The notes under the pieces are model-generated. The model worked only from the letters and a program-made list of their open reading frames with translations. It ran no database searches and had not been told where the DNA came from. A DNA stretch of 64,000 bases, from NCBI GenBank assembly GCA_963847625.1, contig CAWKAR010000060.1, forward strand, positions 1 through 64,000, written 5' to 3'. How positions within the stretch are numbered: position 1 is the stretch's first letter; each line of letters starts with the position of its first letter. Position numbers and translations under genes: made by a program. Source of the stretch: a candidate division FCPU426 bacterium. GTDB lineage: Bacteria > Oederibacteriota > Muellerivitia > Muellerivitales > Muellerivitaceae. Of the stretch, positions 41,878-52,434 are shown piece by piece.

Positions 41878-42648
41878 GTGGCTTTGAGAATCGCCCGGCT
41901 TCTTCATAACGGCAAACCCCGCTGGGCCATCCTTTTGGAATCGGTGGAAACTTACCGGGTCTTCGAATCGGATGAGCCGTGGAACGACACGACTTTGGAT
42001 ACGAAATCCCACCCGTTCAAGGAAGCACAGCTACTCGCCCCTTCGGAGCCGTCGAAAATCATCGCGGTCGGGTTAAATTACCTCGATCACATGAAGGAAA
42101 TGGGACTTGAAAAACCAAAGAATCCGATCCTGTTCCTGAAACCCCCTTCCTCCCTGTTGAAGCCGGAGGGGCTGATCCCTTATCCTCCTTCCTCCAACCG
42201 CGTGGATCACGAGGCTGAATTGGCGGTCGTCCTGAAAAACCGGTTGAAAAACGCCGAGCCCCAAGAAGCCTTGAAAGCGGTCTGGGGTTTTACCTGCTGC
42301 AATGACGTGACAGCCCGTGACTTGCAAAATACCGATGGGCAATGGACCCGCGCCAAGGGTTTCGATGGTTTTTGCCCCCTGGGTCCCTGGCTTGTGACGG
42401 ACTTCATTGAAAAAGACCAGAAGATCACCTGCCGGTTGAATGGGGAAATCCGGCAAGCTTCTAAAATATCCCAGCGGATTTGGAACACTGCCGAATTGCT
42501 TTCCTTTACCTCCCGGGTGATGACGCTGGAGCCCTTGGACGTGTTGACGACCGGCACATCCTCCGGGATTGGTCCCATGAAGCCGGGGGACCAGGTCGAG
42601 GTGGAGATTGAAGGGATCGGAATCCTTCGGAATACTATTGGAAAATAA
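41878..42648 (+). CDS. Fumarylacetoacetate hydrolase family protein
   Basis: KIIAVGLNY, DHEAEL, NDVTARD and KGFDGFCPLGP. Confidence 0.93.
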   Translation: MALRIARLLHNGKPRWAILLESVETYRVFESDEPWNDTTLDTKSHPFKEAQLLAPSEPSKIIAVGLNYLDHMKEMGLEKPKNPILFLKPPSSLLKPEGLIPYPPSSNRVDHEAELAVVLKNRLKNAEPQEALKAVWGFTCCNDVTARDLQNTDGQWTRAKGFDGFCPLGPWLVTDFIEKDQKITCRLNGEIRQASKISQRIWNTAELLSFTSRVMTLEPLDVLTTGTSSGIGPMKPGDQVEVEIEGIGILRNTIGK

Positions 42649-42685
42649 GTCTTCGATTTGAAACCTTGTGGAGTTTTGGCGGAAC

Positions 42686-43171
42686 ATGACAACAGTTTAT
42701 CTTTCACTCGGATCGAATTTTGGGAATCGGGAAAACTATCTGGCGGAAGCCCGGCTGGCCCTGATGCAGGCTTTTACCGGTGTCAGGTTCTCCGGGGTCT
42801 ATGAAACCGAACCAGTGGAATACAGGGAACAGCCCTGGTTTTTGAACCAAGTAGCCGAAGTTCAGACCGAAATGGATCCCGAAACTTTGCTAGAATGGGC
42901 GCGTCAGTTGGAAAGCCGGCAGGGCCGGCAAAGGACAATTCCCAAAGGACCCCGGAGCTTGGACGTGGACTTATTGCTTTACGGGGACCTGGTTCTCCTG
43001 GGAAAGGAATTGGTCTTGCCCCACCCGGCGATCCGGTTCCGCAGGCACGTGTTGGTTCCATTGGCCGAGTTGGCCGGCGGGAAACTGTTGCCGGATGCCC
43101 GGTTGACGGTGGGGGAAGCGCTTCAAAACACGCAGGATTTCTCAAAGGTGAATCCATATGCTTCGTCATAA
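42686..43171 (+). CDS. folK: 6-hydroxymethyl-7,8-dihydropterin pyrophosphokinase
   Basis: YLSLGSN, YETEP, GPRSLDVDLL and LPHP. Confidence 0.95.
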   Translation: MTTVYLSLGSNFGNRENYLAEARLALMQAFTGVRFSGVYETEPVEYREQPWFLNQVAEVQTEMDPETLLEWARQLESRQGRQRTIPKGPRSLDVDLLLYGDLVLLGKELVLPHPAIRFRRHVLVPLAELAGGKLLPDARLTVGEALQNTQDFSKVNPYASS

Positions 43172-43802
43172 ATACATCGCCATCGAGGGCCCGATCGGCG
43201 TCGGGAAAACCAGCTTGGCCGAAATCCTGGCTAAAAAGCTCAACACCCGCCTGGTTTTGGAAGGCGCGGAAAATAACCCCTTCATACACCATTTTTACAG
43301 CAACATGGAAAAGCACGCGTTCCAGACCCAGTTGTTCTTCCTTCTCACCCGGTACAAGCAACAGCAGGACATGGCCCAGAGCGACCTTTTCCAGCAGGGG
43401 CTGATCAGCGATTACCTCTTCGCCAAGGACCGGATCTTCGCCAACCTTACCCTCGACGATAATGAGCTTAAACTTTACGAACAGATCCATTCCATTCTCA
43501 ACGGGAGGGTACTGAAGCCGGACTTCGTGATCTATCTCCAGGCCTCCACGGAAGTCCTGCTGAAACGCATCGCCTTACGGGGCCGGAAATTCGAGAACCA
43601 GATCAACTCGGATTACCTCGCGGAGTTGAACCAGGCTTATAACTACTATTTCTTCCACTACGAGGAAACGCCACTGATGGTCGTGAACACCAGCGAGATC
43701 GACTTCGTCCACCGCGACGCGGATTTGGACGACCTCCTGACCCATTTGGGAAAGGTCACCAAAGGGACGGTTTATTACCAGCCCGTCAGTCTGAAAAAAT
43801 AA
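43158..43802 (+). CDS. Deoxynucleoside kinase
   Basis: IAIEGPIGVGKTS, TQLFFL and RI..RGR.FE. Confidence 0.93.
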   Translation: MLRHKYIAIEGPIGVGKTSLAEILAKKLNTRLVLEGAENNPFIHHFYSNMEKHAFQTQLFFLLTRYKQQQDMAQSDLFQQGLISDYLFAKDRIFANLTLDDNELKLYEQIHSILNGRVLKPDFVIYLQASTEVLLKRIALRGRKFENQINSDYLAELNQAYNYYFFHYEETPLMVVNTSEIDFVHRDADLDDLLTHLGKVTKGTVYYQPVSLKK

Positions 43803-43841
43803 ATTAAAACCTTTTGGATAAAGGCAGGCACTTAAACTCTT

Positions 43842-44627
43842 ATGTTAAAAAGAACGAATACAACAGACTTCATCAAAAAATGCGACGCGGGGGAGAAACT
43901 TGTCCTCTGCACCGCCTATGACTATTCCATGGCCCTGGCCGTGGACGCGGCGGGCGTGGATGCCATCCTCGTGGGAGATACCCTGAACATGACCATGCTG
44001 GGCCGGGAAAACACCCTAACGGCCACGATGGATGAGATGATCCACCATTGCAAGGCCGTGGTGAGGGGCACCCAACAGGCGATGGTGATCGCGGACATGC
44101 CTTTTCTTTCCTACCAGCTGGGCTTGGAGGAAGCCCTTGAAAACGCCGGCTTGTTCCTGACAGAGGGGGGAGCGCAAGCCGTGAAATTGGAATGGTGCCC
44201 CCAAGCGGGGGAAGTAACGGAATTCCTCGTCCAAAACGGCATCCCGGTCATGGGTCACGTAGGATGCACGCCCCAACATATCCACCAAATGGGCGGTTAT
44301 CACAAGCAGGGCAAAGATTCGGTCTCCGCGGGCCGGATCTTAAAAGAAGCCAAAGCCTTGGAATACGCCGGGGCCTTCTCGATCGTGTTGGAATTGGTTT
44401 CCGCCGAAATCGCCCGAAAAATCACCCAAAGACTTCAAATTCCGACCATTGGGATTGGTTCGGGTCCCCATTGTGACGGCCAGGTCCAGGTGCTGCACGA
44501 CTTATTGGGGTTGCTACCTGATTTCCATCCCAAGCACGCCAAGGCTTATTTGAAGCTCCATGAGGAAATCCAAAAGGCGATCAAACTCTACGCCAACGAG
44601 GTTCGTTCCGGAAAATTCCCCGCGTAA
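43842..44627 (+). CDS. panB: 3-methyl-2-oxobutanoate hydroxymethyltransferase
   Basis: TAYD, LVGD, DMPF, VKLE and GIGSG..DGQ. Confidence 0.96.
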   Translation: MLKRTNTTDFIKKCDAGEKLVLCTAYDYSMALAVDAAGVDAILVGDTLNMTMLGRENTLTATMDEMIHHCKAVVRGTQQAMVIADMPFLSYQLGLEEALENAGLFLTEGGAQAVKLEWCPQAGEVTEFLVQNGIPVMGHVGCTPQHIHQMGGYHKQGKDSVSAGRILKEAKALEYAGAFSIVLELVSAEIARKITQRLQIPTIGIGSGPHCDGQVQVLHDLLGLLPDFHPKHAKAYLKLHEEIQKAIKLYANEVRSGKFPA

Positions 44628-44808
44628 AATCCCGATCTAAAATAAATAATTGATTTCACGTGGGAAAAACCGCTTCCAAAACCTTCACGCCCGAAGAAAT
44701 GGATTTCGCGAAAAACCAAAACAAAATTGACGTAAAAACACGACGTCCTCGTATTGAAAGTGGTAATCTGTTTAAACGATTTTGAGAAATCATTTACTAG
44801 AGGTCGCG

Positions 44809-46300
44809 ATGCGCTGTTCCTTTTATCTTCCGTGTTTCGTTTTATTTCTTCTGTTTTGGTCGTTTTTTTTTTATCGCATGCAAAAAAGAATTCTCGACCG
44901 CGCCAAAATCAACCCCTACCTCAACTCCTACCAGCAGTTTTACCCCCATCTCCGACCCCGGAACCTTAACGCCGACCTGGTCATTAACGCCCACCTCCAT
45001 GACTTTTAGCCCAACGCCGACCCTATCTCCGATGGGCATCCCCACCAACACTTATACCGTTACCCCGACCTCGACACTAACGGCGACCCAGACTCCGTCT
45101 TGCGGGGTGATGGGCTCAGCTTTTGTTCACCCGGGCGCCTGGTCGTCTTGTGCGGAACTGAACTTCGTAAAGGCGCAGATCCTGGCGGGGAACCAGCCTT
45201 GGACCCAACAGTTAGCCAATTTGGAGGGGCAAACAGGGGGATCTGCCTCAGGACTGAATGTGAATGGGAAACTATTCGATTCTTGCAATGACGAGAGCGA
45301 CGGCCAAACCGACTCGGCGCTTTGCTACGCGAACGCCCTTGCCTGGTATTTGACGGGCACCCAATCCTATTACACCAAGGCCATGGGCATTCTCGCCAAC
45401 TACGCGACCATGACCGGCATGACTTCTTCCTGCGGATGGAACCAGCAGTACACGTTGGACGCGGGGTGGTTCGGCGGTCTTTTCGCCAACGCGTGCGAAC
45501 TCTTGCGGATGAATCCCAGCTGGACCACCGCGGACACCACGACCTATGTCAACATGTTCAAGACCGGTTGGTACCCGGGCGTGACCACCATGAGCAACGG
45601 AAACGGGAATGTCGACCTGACCCAGATCGACGCCATGATGTCCATGGCGGTCTTTTGCGACGACCAAACCACTTTCGGCAACGCCGTCACCCGATACCAA
45701 GCCCGGATACCCGCCTACATCTACAGCTCCACCTGGCCTCAAATTCCCAATAGCACCAACCCGGACACCGGCAACAACATGCCCGCAACGATCAACGGGG
45801 ACCTTTACAACGGCCCCGCGACTTCGTGCAGTCCCCAGTTCCCGAACAACTTCTGGATGTGTCCCAACGAATGGATTGCGGGTTTGATGCAGGAGACTTG
45901 CCGGGACAACGGCCACCACGCCCAGTTCGGCCTGGACGCGGCGGTCCAATGCGCCGAGATCGACTACCACCAGGGAAGCACGTACGCTTTATACGCGACC
46001 TACGAGACATTCTTGGTGCCGGCTTTGGAATTGCTCGCCCAGGAGTTGTACAACGACAACGCTTCTCCCTGTAACGGGCTCGAGAATACCCAGGATGGCG
46101 GCCAGGCCTTCGACACCTTCGAGATCGGATACAATGAGTACGTCAACCGCCTTGGATTGGGAACAGCCCAGGGAACGGGATTGTATTACACGAATTTATA
46201 CCTTCCCGAACTGCGGAATAACGCGACTTATTACGGAAACACCCTATGGGCCCTGTTCAATATTTCCTGGGAGACCCTGACTCACGCCGGGGTGAATTAA
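44809..46300 (+). pseudogene. Alginate-lyase-family lipoprotein, frameshifted in a T10 tract within the signal peptide (in-frame remnant ORF 44999-46300)
   Basis: FVHPG, NGNVD and QETCRD.GHHAQFGL motifs. ATG 44809 after GAGGT. Removing one T from 44863-44872 gives ...WSFFFIAC-KKEF, then a Thr/Pro linker in frame with 44999. Confidence 0.7.
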
Positions 46301-46349
46301 ACCGGGTCTATTCGATAAGCCAAGTTTTAATCCCTTAAAGGAGAAAACG

Positions 46350-48470
46350 ATGAAGAAAATTCTGTGTCTAACAACGGTTCTCTTGTTCCTCGCGCCCGTA
46401 GCCTTCGCGGCCGTGGTTGAGGATTGGACCAATGTGCAAGGTGCGAACACCGGAACCTATATGGACAGCAACGGCTCCAAGATCGACTTTGCGGTCGATG
46501 CGGGCCCCAAGGGCGGGCAGAAGGCGTTGAAGTTGACCTCCAGCCTCGTGCAAGGGGGTTATTGCGGCATCTGGCACAATTTCATGGCCGACCTGTCGAA
46601 GTCCGGAAACTTGAAGTTCATGGCCAAATCCACCCTTCCCGGGGAGATCCAGGTCGCTTTGAAGGACGCCTATAACGTGCAATACATCGCCAAGGCGCAG
46701 GTCGCCGCGGATTGGGCGGAAGTTTCCATCCCCCTTTCCAGTTTCCGCAAAGACCCCTATTACACCCAACCTGACGCCATCACGGGCCATTTGATGGACC
46801 TCAGCAAGACCTCCGGGATGAACCTGGCCCCCACGATGGTAGGCTCCGCGGTGCTATTGTTCGGGCAGGTCGAGAGCGACGGGAACGTGGCCGCCGCGCC
46901 AAGCGCCCAAGCGCCCGTGACGGAGGCCAAGGATCTTCAGTTCGTCGTGATGCCCGACGAGGTTATCGGGCCCATCAGCCCCTACATCTATGGCCTGAGC
47001 GACCAGGACCCTTCCGGCATGAACGCGACCGTCCGCCGCCTGGGCGGTAACCGCATGACGGGATACAATTGGACGAACAACTACTCCAACGCCGGCACCG
47101 ATTGGAAGAATTCCAGCGACGATTGGCTCTGCGTTTCCCCCATCAAATACAACGATTGCGACCAGCCCGGCGCTCTATACCGTCATTTCGCGGAGGAAAA
47201 CCAGAAGGCGGGGCTGAAATCGCTCGTCACGATTCAGATGGCGGGTTACGTGGCCGCCGATAAAAAGGGCGAGGTCTTGAAGGAGGAGACGGCCCCGAGT
47301 CCCCGTTGGGCCAAGGTGGAGTTCGAGAAAAAAGGCCCCTACACCCTGACGCCCAAGCCGGACAGCCCGGTCGTTTACGACGACGAGTTCGTCAACTTCC
47401 TGGTTCAAACCTTCAAGCCGGCGTCGAAGGGCGGCATCAAGTTTTACAACCTCGACAACGAGCCCGCTCTTTGGTGCGGCAAGCATCCCCGCATCCACCC
47501 GGACAAGCTCACCTATCCCGAGATCTTGGATAAATCCCTCCAACTGGCTCATGCCATCCTCAAGGTGGATCCTTCCGCCATGATCCTCGGGCCGGTGGCC
47601 TACGGCTGGCAGGAATTCATCACCCTCCAGGAATCGGCGGACTACGTGGAAATGAACAAGACCTACGGTTCCTACCTCGATTACTATCTGGCCCAGTTCC
47701 AGGCGCAGGAAAAGAAGGAAGGCCAGAGGCTTCTGCACGTGCTAGACCTTCATTGGTACCCGGAGGCCCAGGGCGGGGGAATGCGCATTACCGAGAACGA
47801 CGTCTCGCCCGATTCCATCGATGCCCGCGTCCAGGCGCCCCGCAGTCTGTGGGACCCCGATTACATTGAAAAAAGCTGGATCACCCAGTGGTCCACCCAT
47901 AACAAGCCCATCTGCCTCATCCCCTGGGTCAAGGAAAAGATCGACAAGCATTATCCCGGGACAAAGCTTTCCTTCTCGGAGTACGACTACGGCGGCGGCA
48001 ACCACATCTCTGGTGGGATCGCCCAGGCGGACGTGTTGGGGATCTTCGGGAAAACCGGCGTTTATATGTCAAACTACTGGGGGGACCTGAACCCCTATAA
48101 CAAGGCAGCATTTAAGCTCTACCGCAATTACGACGGGAACAACGCGGCCATCGGGGGAACATCGGTATCCGCTTCGGCAGGGGACATCACATTGGCATCC
48201 ATCTACGCCGCGACCGACCCCTCTCAGCCAGGGACCCTATGGCTGGTGGTCTTGAACAAGAGCCAGAAGGTCGCTATCCATGGCAAGTTCAAGTTCCAGG
48301 GAAAAGAAACCTATAAGAAATATGTTTGTTACGGGTTCGACGGGAAATCGCCGGAAATCCAGAAAATCAAGGAGGGCGGGATCGACAAGGATCACTTCAA
48401 CTATTCCTTGGCACCCCTCTCTGCCACCCTCTTCGTCTGCCGGGGGAATGATCAACAACAGAAGAAATGA
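46350..48470 (+). CDS. GH44 endoglucanase/xyloglucanase with N-terminal CBM11/CIA30-like domain
   Basis: Signal peptide, ISPYIYG, RLGGNRMTGYNW..N.SNAG.DW, LDNEP.LW, LDLHWYPE and SEYDYGG. Confidence 0.9.
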   Translation: MKKILCLTTVLLFLAPVAFAAVVEDWTNVQGANTGTYMDSNGSKIDFAVDAGPKGGQKALKLTSSLVQGGYCGIWHNFMADLSKSGNLKFMAKSTLPGEIQVALKDAYNVQYIAKAQVAADWAEVSIPLSSFRKDPYYTQPDAITGHLMDLSKTSGMNLAPTMVGSAVLLFGQVESDGNVAAAPSAQAPVTEAKDLQFVVMPDEVIGPISPYIYGLSDQDPSGMNATVRRLGGNRMTGYNWTNNYSNAGTDWKNSSDDWLCVSPIKYNDCDQPGALYRHFAEENQKAGLKSLVTIQMAGYVAADKKGEVLKEETAPSPRWAKVEFEKKGPYTLTPKPDSPVVYDDEFVNFLVQTFKPASKGGIKFYNLDNEPALWCGKHPRIHPDKLTYPEILDKSLQLAHAILKVDPSAMILGPVAYGWQEFITLQESADYVEMNKTYGSYLDYYLAQFQAQEKKEGQRLLHVLDLHWYPEAQGGGMRITENDVSPDSIDARVQAPRSLWDPDYIEKSWITQWSTHNKPICLIPWVKEKIDKHYPGTKLSFSEYDYGGGNHISGGIAQADVLGIFGKTGVYMSNYWGDLNPYNKAAFKLYRNYDGNNAAIGGTSVSASAGDITLASIYAATDPSQPGTLWLVVLNKSQKVAIHGKFKFQGKETYKKYVCYGFDGKSPEIQKIKEGGIDKDHFNYSLAPLSATLFVCRGNDQQQKK

Positions 48471-48521
48471 ACCACATGTGACGTAAATCAAATCCACGAA
48501 TAAATGGGGCAATGGAAAAAC

Positions 48522-49220
48522 ATGGTTAATATAAAAAACAAATGGGTTTTGCTAACCGGCGCCAGTCGGGGTGTCGGGATGAGAGTCGCTAAAGGGTTAG
48601 CCGACCATGGTTGCAAGTTAATTTTGCAAAGCAGGAATTTAGAGGGCACCAAAATATTGGTCGAAGAGCTGAAAGCCAAGGGCGTTGAAGCTTACGGTGT
48701 TGCCGCGGAGTTATCCGATATAAAACAAGTCGAGCATTTGATTGCCGACGCCAAGCGCATATCGGAAGATCACATCGACATTCTTTATAACAACGCCGCG
48801 GTCATGACTAAATTCCATGAGGATAAATACGGCGCGACAGCCGATGAATATACCTTGAGTTTTTTGGTGAACGCGACTGTTCCTTCTGTAATCTGCAACG
48901 CGTTCATACCTCAAATGGTTAAAAGAGGCTGGAGACGAATCGTGAACGTGACTTCGGGCATTGCCGATCAGCCGCAATTAATGCCCTATAGTTGCTCCAA
49001 GGCCGCTTTGGACCGTTATGTGCGCGACCTGATCACCACCCTCGCCGGAACCGGCGTTCTTATTAATTTGATGGACCCGGGATGGCTGAGAACCGATTTA
49101 GGCGGGCCCCAAGCGCCGAACGATCCTGATCGTGTTTTGCCCGGAGCCCTGGTGCCTGTGCTGTTAGAGGAGAAAGAGGGAAGTGGTAAGCTTTACCATG
49201 CCATGGATTATTGTAAGTAA
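48522..49220 (+). CDS. Short-chain dehydrogenase/reductase
   Basis: TGASRGVG, NNAA, YSCSK and PGWLRTD. Start is 48504 or 48522. Confidence 0.92.
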   Translation: MVNIKNKWVLLTGASRGVGMRVAKGLADHGCKLILQSRNLEGTKILVEELKAKGVEAYGVAAELSDIKQVEHLIADAKRISEDHIDILYNNAAVMTKFHEDKYGATADEYTLSFLVNATVPSVICNAFIPQMVKRGWRRIVNVTSGIADQPQLMPYSCSKAALDRYVRDLITTLAGTGVLINLMDPGWLRTDLGGPQAPNDPDRVLPGALVPVLLEEKEGSGKLYHAMDYCK

Positions 49221-49283
49221 TATAAAGACGATAATCCGTAAATCACTTTACCGTTTTTCAAATAAAGGATTTAACGAAACATC

Positions 49284-50129
49284 ATGAAAGTCATTTCTAA
49301 AACACAAGCGATGCAGGACCTTTGCCGAAAATGGCGGATGGCGAAAAAAACCATAGGTTTCGTGCCCACCATGGGAGCCCTCCACGAGGGGCATTTGGAG
49401 TTGGTCAAGACCTCCAAGAAAGAAAACCAAGTCACGGTCGTTTCGATTTTCGTGAATCCCACCCAATTCGGCCCTTCCGAGGATTTTCTCCGGTACCCCC
49501 GCACCCTGGAAAAAGACAAGGCGCTCCTCAAACCCTTGGAAATCAACGCGGTTTTTGCCCCGAATAAAAGGGAAATGTATCCCCATGGATTTTCATCCCA
49601 AGTCAAGGTATCCGGAAAACTGGTGGAAACCCTCTGCGGTCCCCTCCGCCCCGGCCATTTTGACGGTGTTGCGACCGTCGTGGTGAAACTCCTCGAAATT
49701 ACACAGCCCACCCGCCTTTACCTGGGACAGAAAGACGCCCAGCAAGCGGCCGTGCTCAAGCATGTCATCAAGGACCTCAATATCGGCGTCAAGCCCGTTA
49801 TCTGCCCTACCGTCCGGGAACACGACGGCCTGGCCATGAGTTCCCGCAACTTGAACCTGACCCTAAATGGCCGCAAGACCGCGCCTATTCTTTACAGGGC
49901 CCTCAAAGTGGGGAAGAGCATCGTGGATTTGGGGGAGAATGACACGTCAAAGGTCCTGAAAGAGATCAAGAAAGTGATCCTGAATGAGAAGAAGTTCAAG
50001 CTCCAATACCTGGAGGCGGTCGAATCTGAAACCCTGGAATCCTTGAAACATGTTAAACGTGGCCGAACCCTTGTCGCATTGGCGGCCTACCTTGACAACG
50101 TTCGGTTGATTGACAATATATTGATTTAG
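49284..50129 (+). CDS. panC: Pantoate-beta-alanine ligase
   Basis: PTMGALHEGH, RPGHF, GQKDAQQ, AMSSRN and RLIDN. Confidence 0.97.
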   Translation: MKVISKTQAMQDLCRKWRMAKKTIGFVPTMGALHEGHLELVKTSKKENQVTVVSIFVNPTQFGPSEDFLRYPRTLEKDKALLKPLEINAVFAPNKREMYPHGFSSQVKVSGKLVETLCGPLRPGHFDGVATVVVKLLEITQPTRLYLGQKDAQQAAVLKHVIKDLNIGVKPVICPTVREHDGLAMSSRNLNLTLNGRKTAPILYRALKVGKSIVDLGENDTSKVLKEIKKVILNEKKFKLQYLEAVESETLESLKHVKRGRTLVALAAYLDNVRLIDNILI

Positions 50130-50300
50130 CGGTTCCTCTTCTTCAATTCATCCGTCCCTTGAACCCTCCTGTTGGCGTCTTACACCAGCCGGGCAAGGTG
50201 AAACAAAGGCAAAATGCGCCGGGGGGGTTTTATTCGTGTTATCGTTCCGCTAAACTATCTGCCATTCTTGACTGGTTTTTTCAGTAAAAGAAAGGGAAAA

Positions 50301-50666
50301 ATGGCCAGGACATTCGTTAAATCCAAGATCCAAAAAGCGACCGTGACCCAAACCGACCTCCATTACGAGGGAAGCATCACGCTCGATCCCAAGATCATGC
50401 GCGCCGCGGATATCGCGCCCTACGAGCAGGTCCACGTGCTCAACCTGAACAACGGCAACCGCCTGGAAACCTACGCCATCGGGGGTAAACCCAATTCCGG
50501 GACTGTTTGCATGAACGGTGCGGCCGCCCGCCACGCCGAGAAAGGGGATTTGGTCATCGTGTTGACCTACGAGTCTTTTCCCCAGGAACCGCCGGTGGGC
50601 TACAAACCCAAGGTGGTTTTATTGGACTCGAAAAACAGGATCAAAAAAGTGAAAAAAGGGAGCTAA
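50301..50666 (+). CDS. panD: Aspartate 1-decarboxylase proenzyme
   Basis: YEG/SITLD cleavage site, NGNRLETY and NGAAAR. Confidence 0.94.
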   Translation: MARTFVKSKIQKATVTQTDLHYEGSITLDPKIMRAADIAPYEQVHVLNLNNGNRLETYAIGGKPNSGTVCMNGAAARHAEKGDLVIVLTYESFPQEPPVGYKPKVVLLDSKNRIKKVKKGS

Positions 50667-50668
50667 CC

Positions 50669-51604
50669 ATGTCCTTGGACCTATTCCCGAATGATGAAAA
50701 GCTTTGCGCCTTGATTCGGGACCTGAAAAAAGAAAGAAAGGCGGTGATCCTGGCCCACAGCTACGAGCGGCCCGAGGTGCAGGATATCGCGGACCACGTG
50801 GGGGATTCCCTGGAATTGTCCCGCCTGGCGGCTAAAACCGACGCGGACGTCATCGTATTCTGCAGTGTGATGTTCATGGCCGAGACGGCCAAGATCCTCT
50901 CCCCCCAAAAAATGGTTCTTATTCCCGTGCCCGAAGCCGGCTGTCCCTTGGCCGACATGATCACCCCCGCCCAGTTGGCGGAGGAAAAAGCCAAGCATCC
51001 CAATGCGGCGGTCGTGGCCTACGTCAACTGCTCCGCCGAAATCAAGTCCATGGCCGACGTCTGCTGTACCTCGGCCAACGCCCTGCAGGTGGTCAACTCC
51101 GTTCCCGCGGAGGAAATCCTCTTCGTCCCGGACCAGCACCTGGGCCGGTGGGTCCAGGCCCATACGGACAAGAAAATGCTCCTTTGGGCGGGCTGCTGCC
51201 CCACCCACCAGCGCATGAAGGCCAAGGACATCCTGGACATGAAACGCGACCATCCCGGCGCGCTCGTGGTGGTGCATCCCGAGGCCAATGAGGACATCTG
51301 TAATATGGCCGACGAGGTCCTATCCACCTCCCAAATGCTCCGTTTTTGCCAGGCTTCCAGCGCGGAAACCTTCATCATCGGGACTGAGATGGGGCTGCTG
51401 CACCGCTTGCGCAAGACCATGCCCGGCAAGGTATTCCTCCAGCCCAGCAAGGGGCTGATCTGCCCCAACATGAAGATGACCCAGCTGGAGGACTTGTATG
51501 AATCCTTGAAGGCGCTCCAGACTCCCATCGAGATCCCCGAACCCATCCGCGTCAAGGCCCTGAAGGCGATCGATGGCATGTTAGCGGCGGTTCCGTCCAA
51601 GTGA
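50669..51604 (+). CDS. nadA: Quinolinate synthase A
   Basis: ILAH.Y, GDSL, AGCPLA, CCTSANA, HPE and CPNMK. Confidence 0.95.
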   Translation: MSLDLFPNDEKLCALIRDLKKERKAVILAHSYERPEVQDIADHVGDSLELSRLAAKTDADVIVFCSVMFMAETAKILSPQKMVLIPVPEAGCPLADMITPAQLAEEKAKHPNAAVVAYVNCSAEIKSMADVCCTSANALQVVNSVPAEEILFVPDQHLGRWVQAHTDKKMLLWAGCCPTHQRMKAKDILDMKRDHPGALVVVHPEANEDICNMADEVLSTSQMLRFCQASSAETFIIGTEMGLLHRLRKTMPGKVFLQPSKGLICPNMKMTQLEDLYESLKALQTPIEIPEPIRVKALKAIDGMLAAVPSK

Positions 51605-52434
51605 GGGCACGGGTTCCCAAACGCAGGCTGGGCATCGTCGGCTGCGGGGCCATTGGCTCGGTTGTGGCGGCCTCCCTGGAAAAACGCAAATCCTCTTTCC
51701 AAGTCACAGCGGTTTATGACGTAGCGCCCGCCGCGGCCCGAATACTTTCAAACCGGTTGAAATCCAAACCCGCCGTCTGCCGAAACCTCGTTTCTTTATT
51801 CCCGAAATGCGATTGGGTCCTGGAAGCGGCCTCCGTCAAGGCGGTCCCCGGGATCGCGGTGGAATGCTTGAAACGCCGTAAAAACATCGTGCTCATGAGT
51901 ACCGGGGGTTTCCTTCTCAACCGGGAACGCCTGACAGCCCTGGCCCGCCGGTTCCGCACCAAGATTTACCTGCCCTCCGGCGCTCTCTGCGGCTTGGACG
52001 GGCTCAAGGCGGCCCGGCAGGTCGGGAAACTGGATTCCTTCCAAATCACCTCTACAAAGCCCCCGGCCGGCTTTCTGGGCGCTCCCGGCCTGACCCCGGG
52101 GCAAAAAAGAAAACTCTTAACGGCAAAAAAGCCTTTTTACCTGTACCAAGGGGATGTCTGGGGCGCCATCCGCCGTTTTCCCGCCAATGTGAACGTGGCC
52201 GCGACCATGGCCTTGGCCTCCGGCGCCCCGAAACGGCTAAAGGTCCGTGTCGTGGCGGATCCCCGTGTTAAACTCAACCAACACGAGATCCGCGCCACTG
52301 GTGACTTCGGGGAGTTGGAGGCTGTGACCCGGAACCGGCCCTCCTCCCTGAACCCCAAAACCAGCGCCCTCGCGATCCAGGCGGCCTTGGCGCTTTTCGA
52401 GCGGTTGGAAAGTTACGTTGAAGTGGGAACTTGA
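51601..52434 (+). CDS. nadX: L-aspartate dehydrogenase
   Basis: GCGAIG, EAAS, PSGALCGLD, FPANVNVAA and NPKTS. Adjacent to nadA. Confidence 0.9.
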   Translation: MRARVPKRRLGIVGCGAIGSVVAASLEKRKSSFQVTAVYDVAPAAARILSNRLKSKPAVCRNLVSLFPKCDWVLEAASVKAVPGIAVECLKRRKNIVLMSTGGFLLNRERLTALARRFRTKIYLPSGALCGLDGLKAARQVGKLDSFQITSTKPPAGFLGAPGLTPGQKRKLLTAKKPFYLYQGDVWGAIRRFPANVNVAATMALASGAPKRLKVRVVADPRVKLNQHEIRATGDFGELEAVTRNRPSSLNPKTSALAIQAALALFERLESYVEVGT

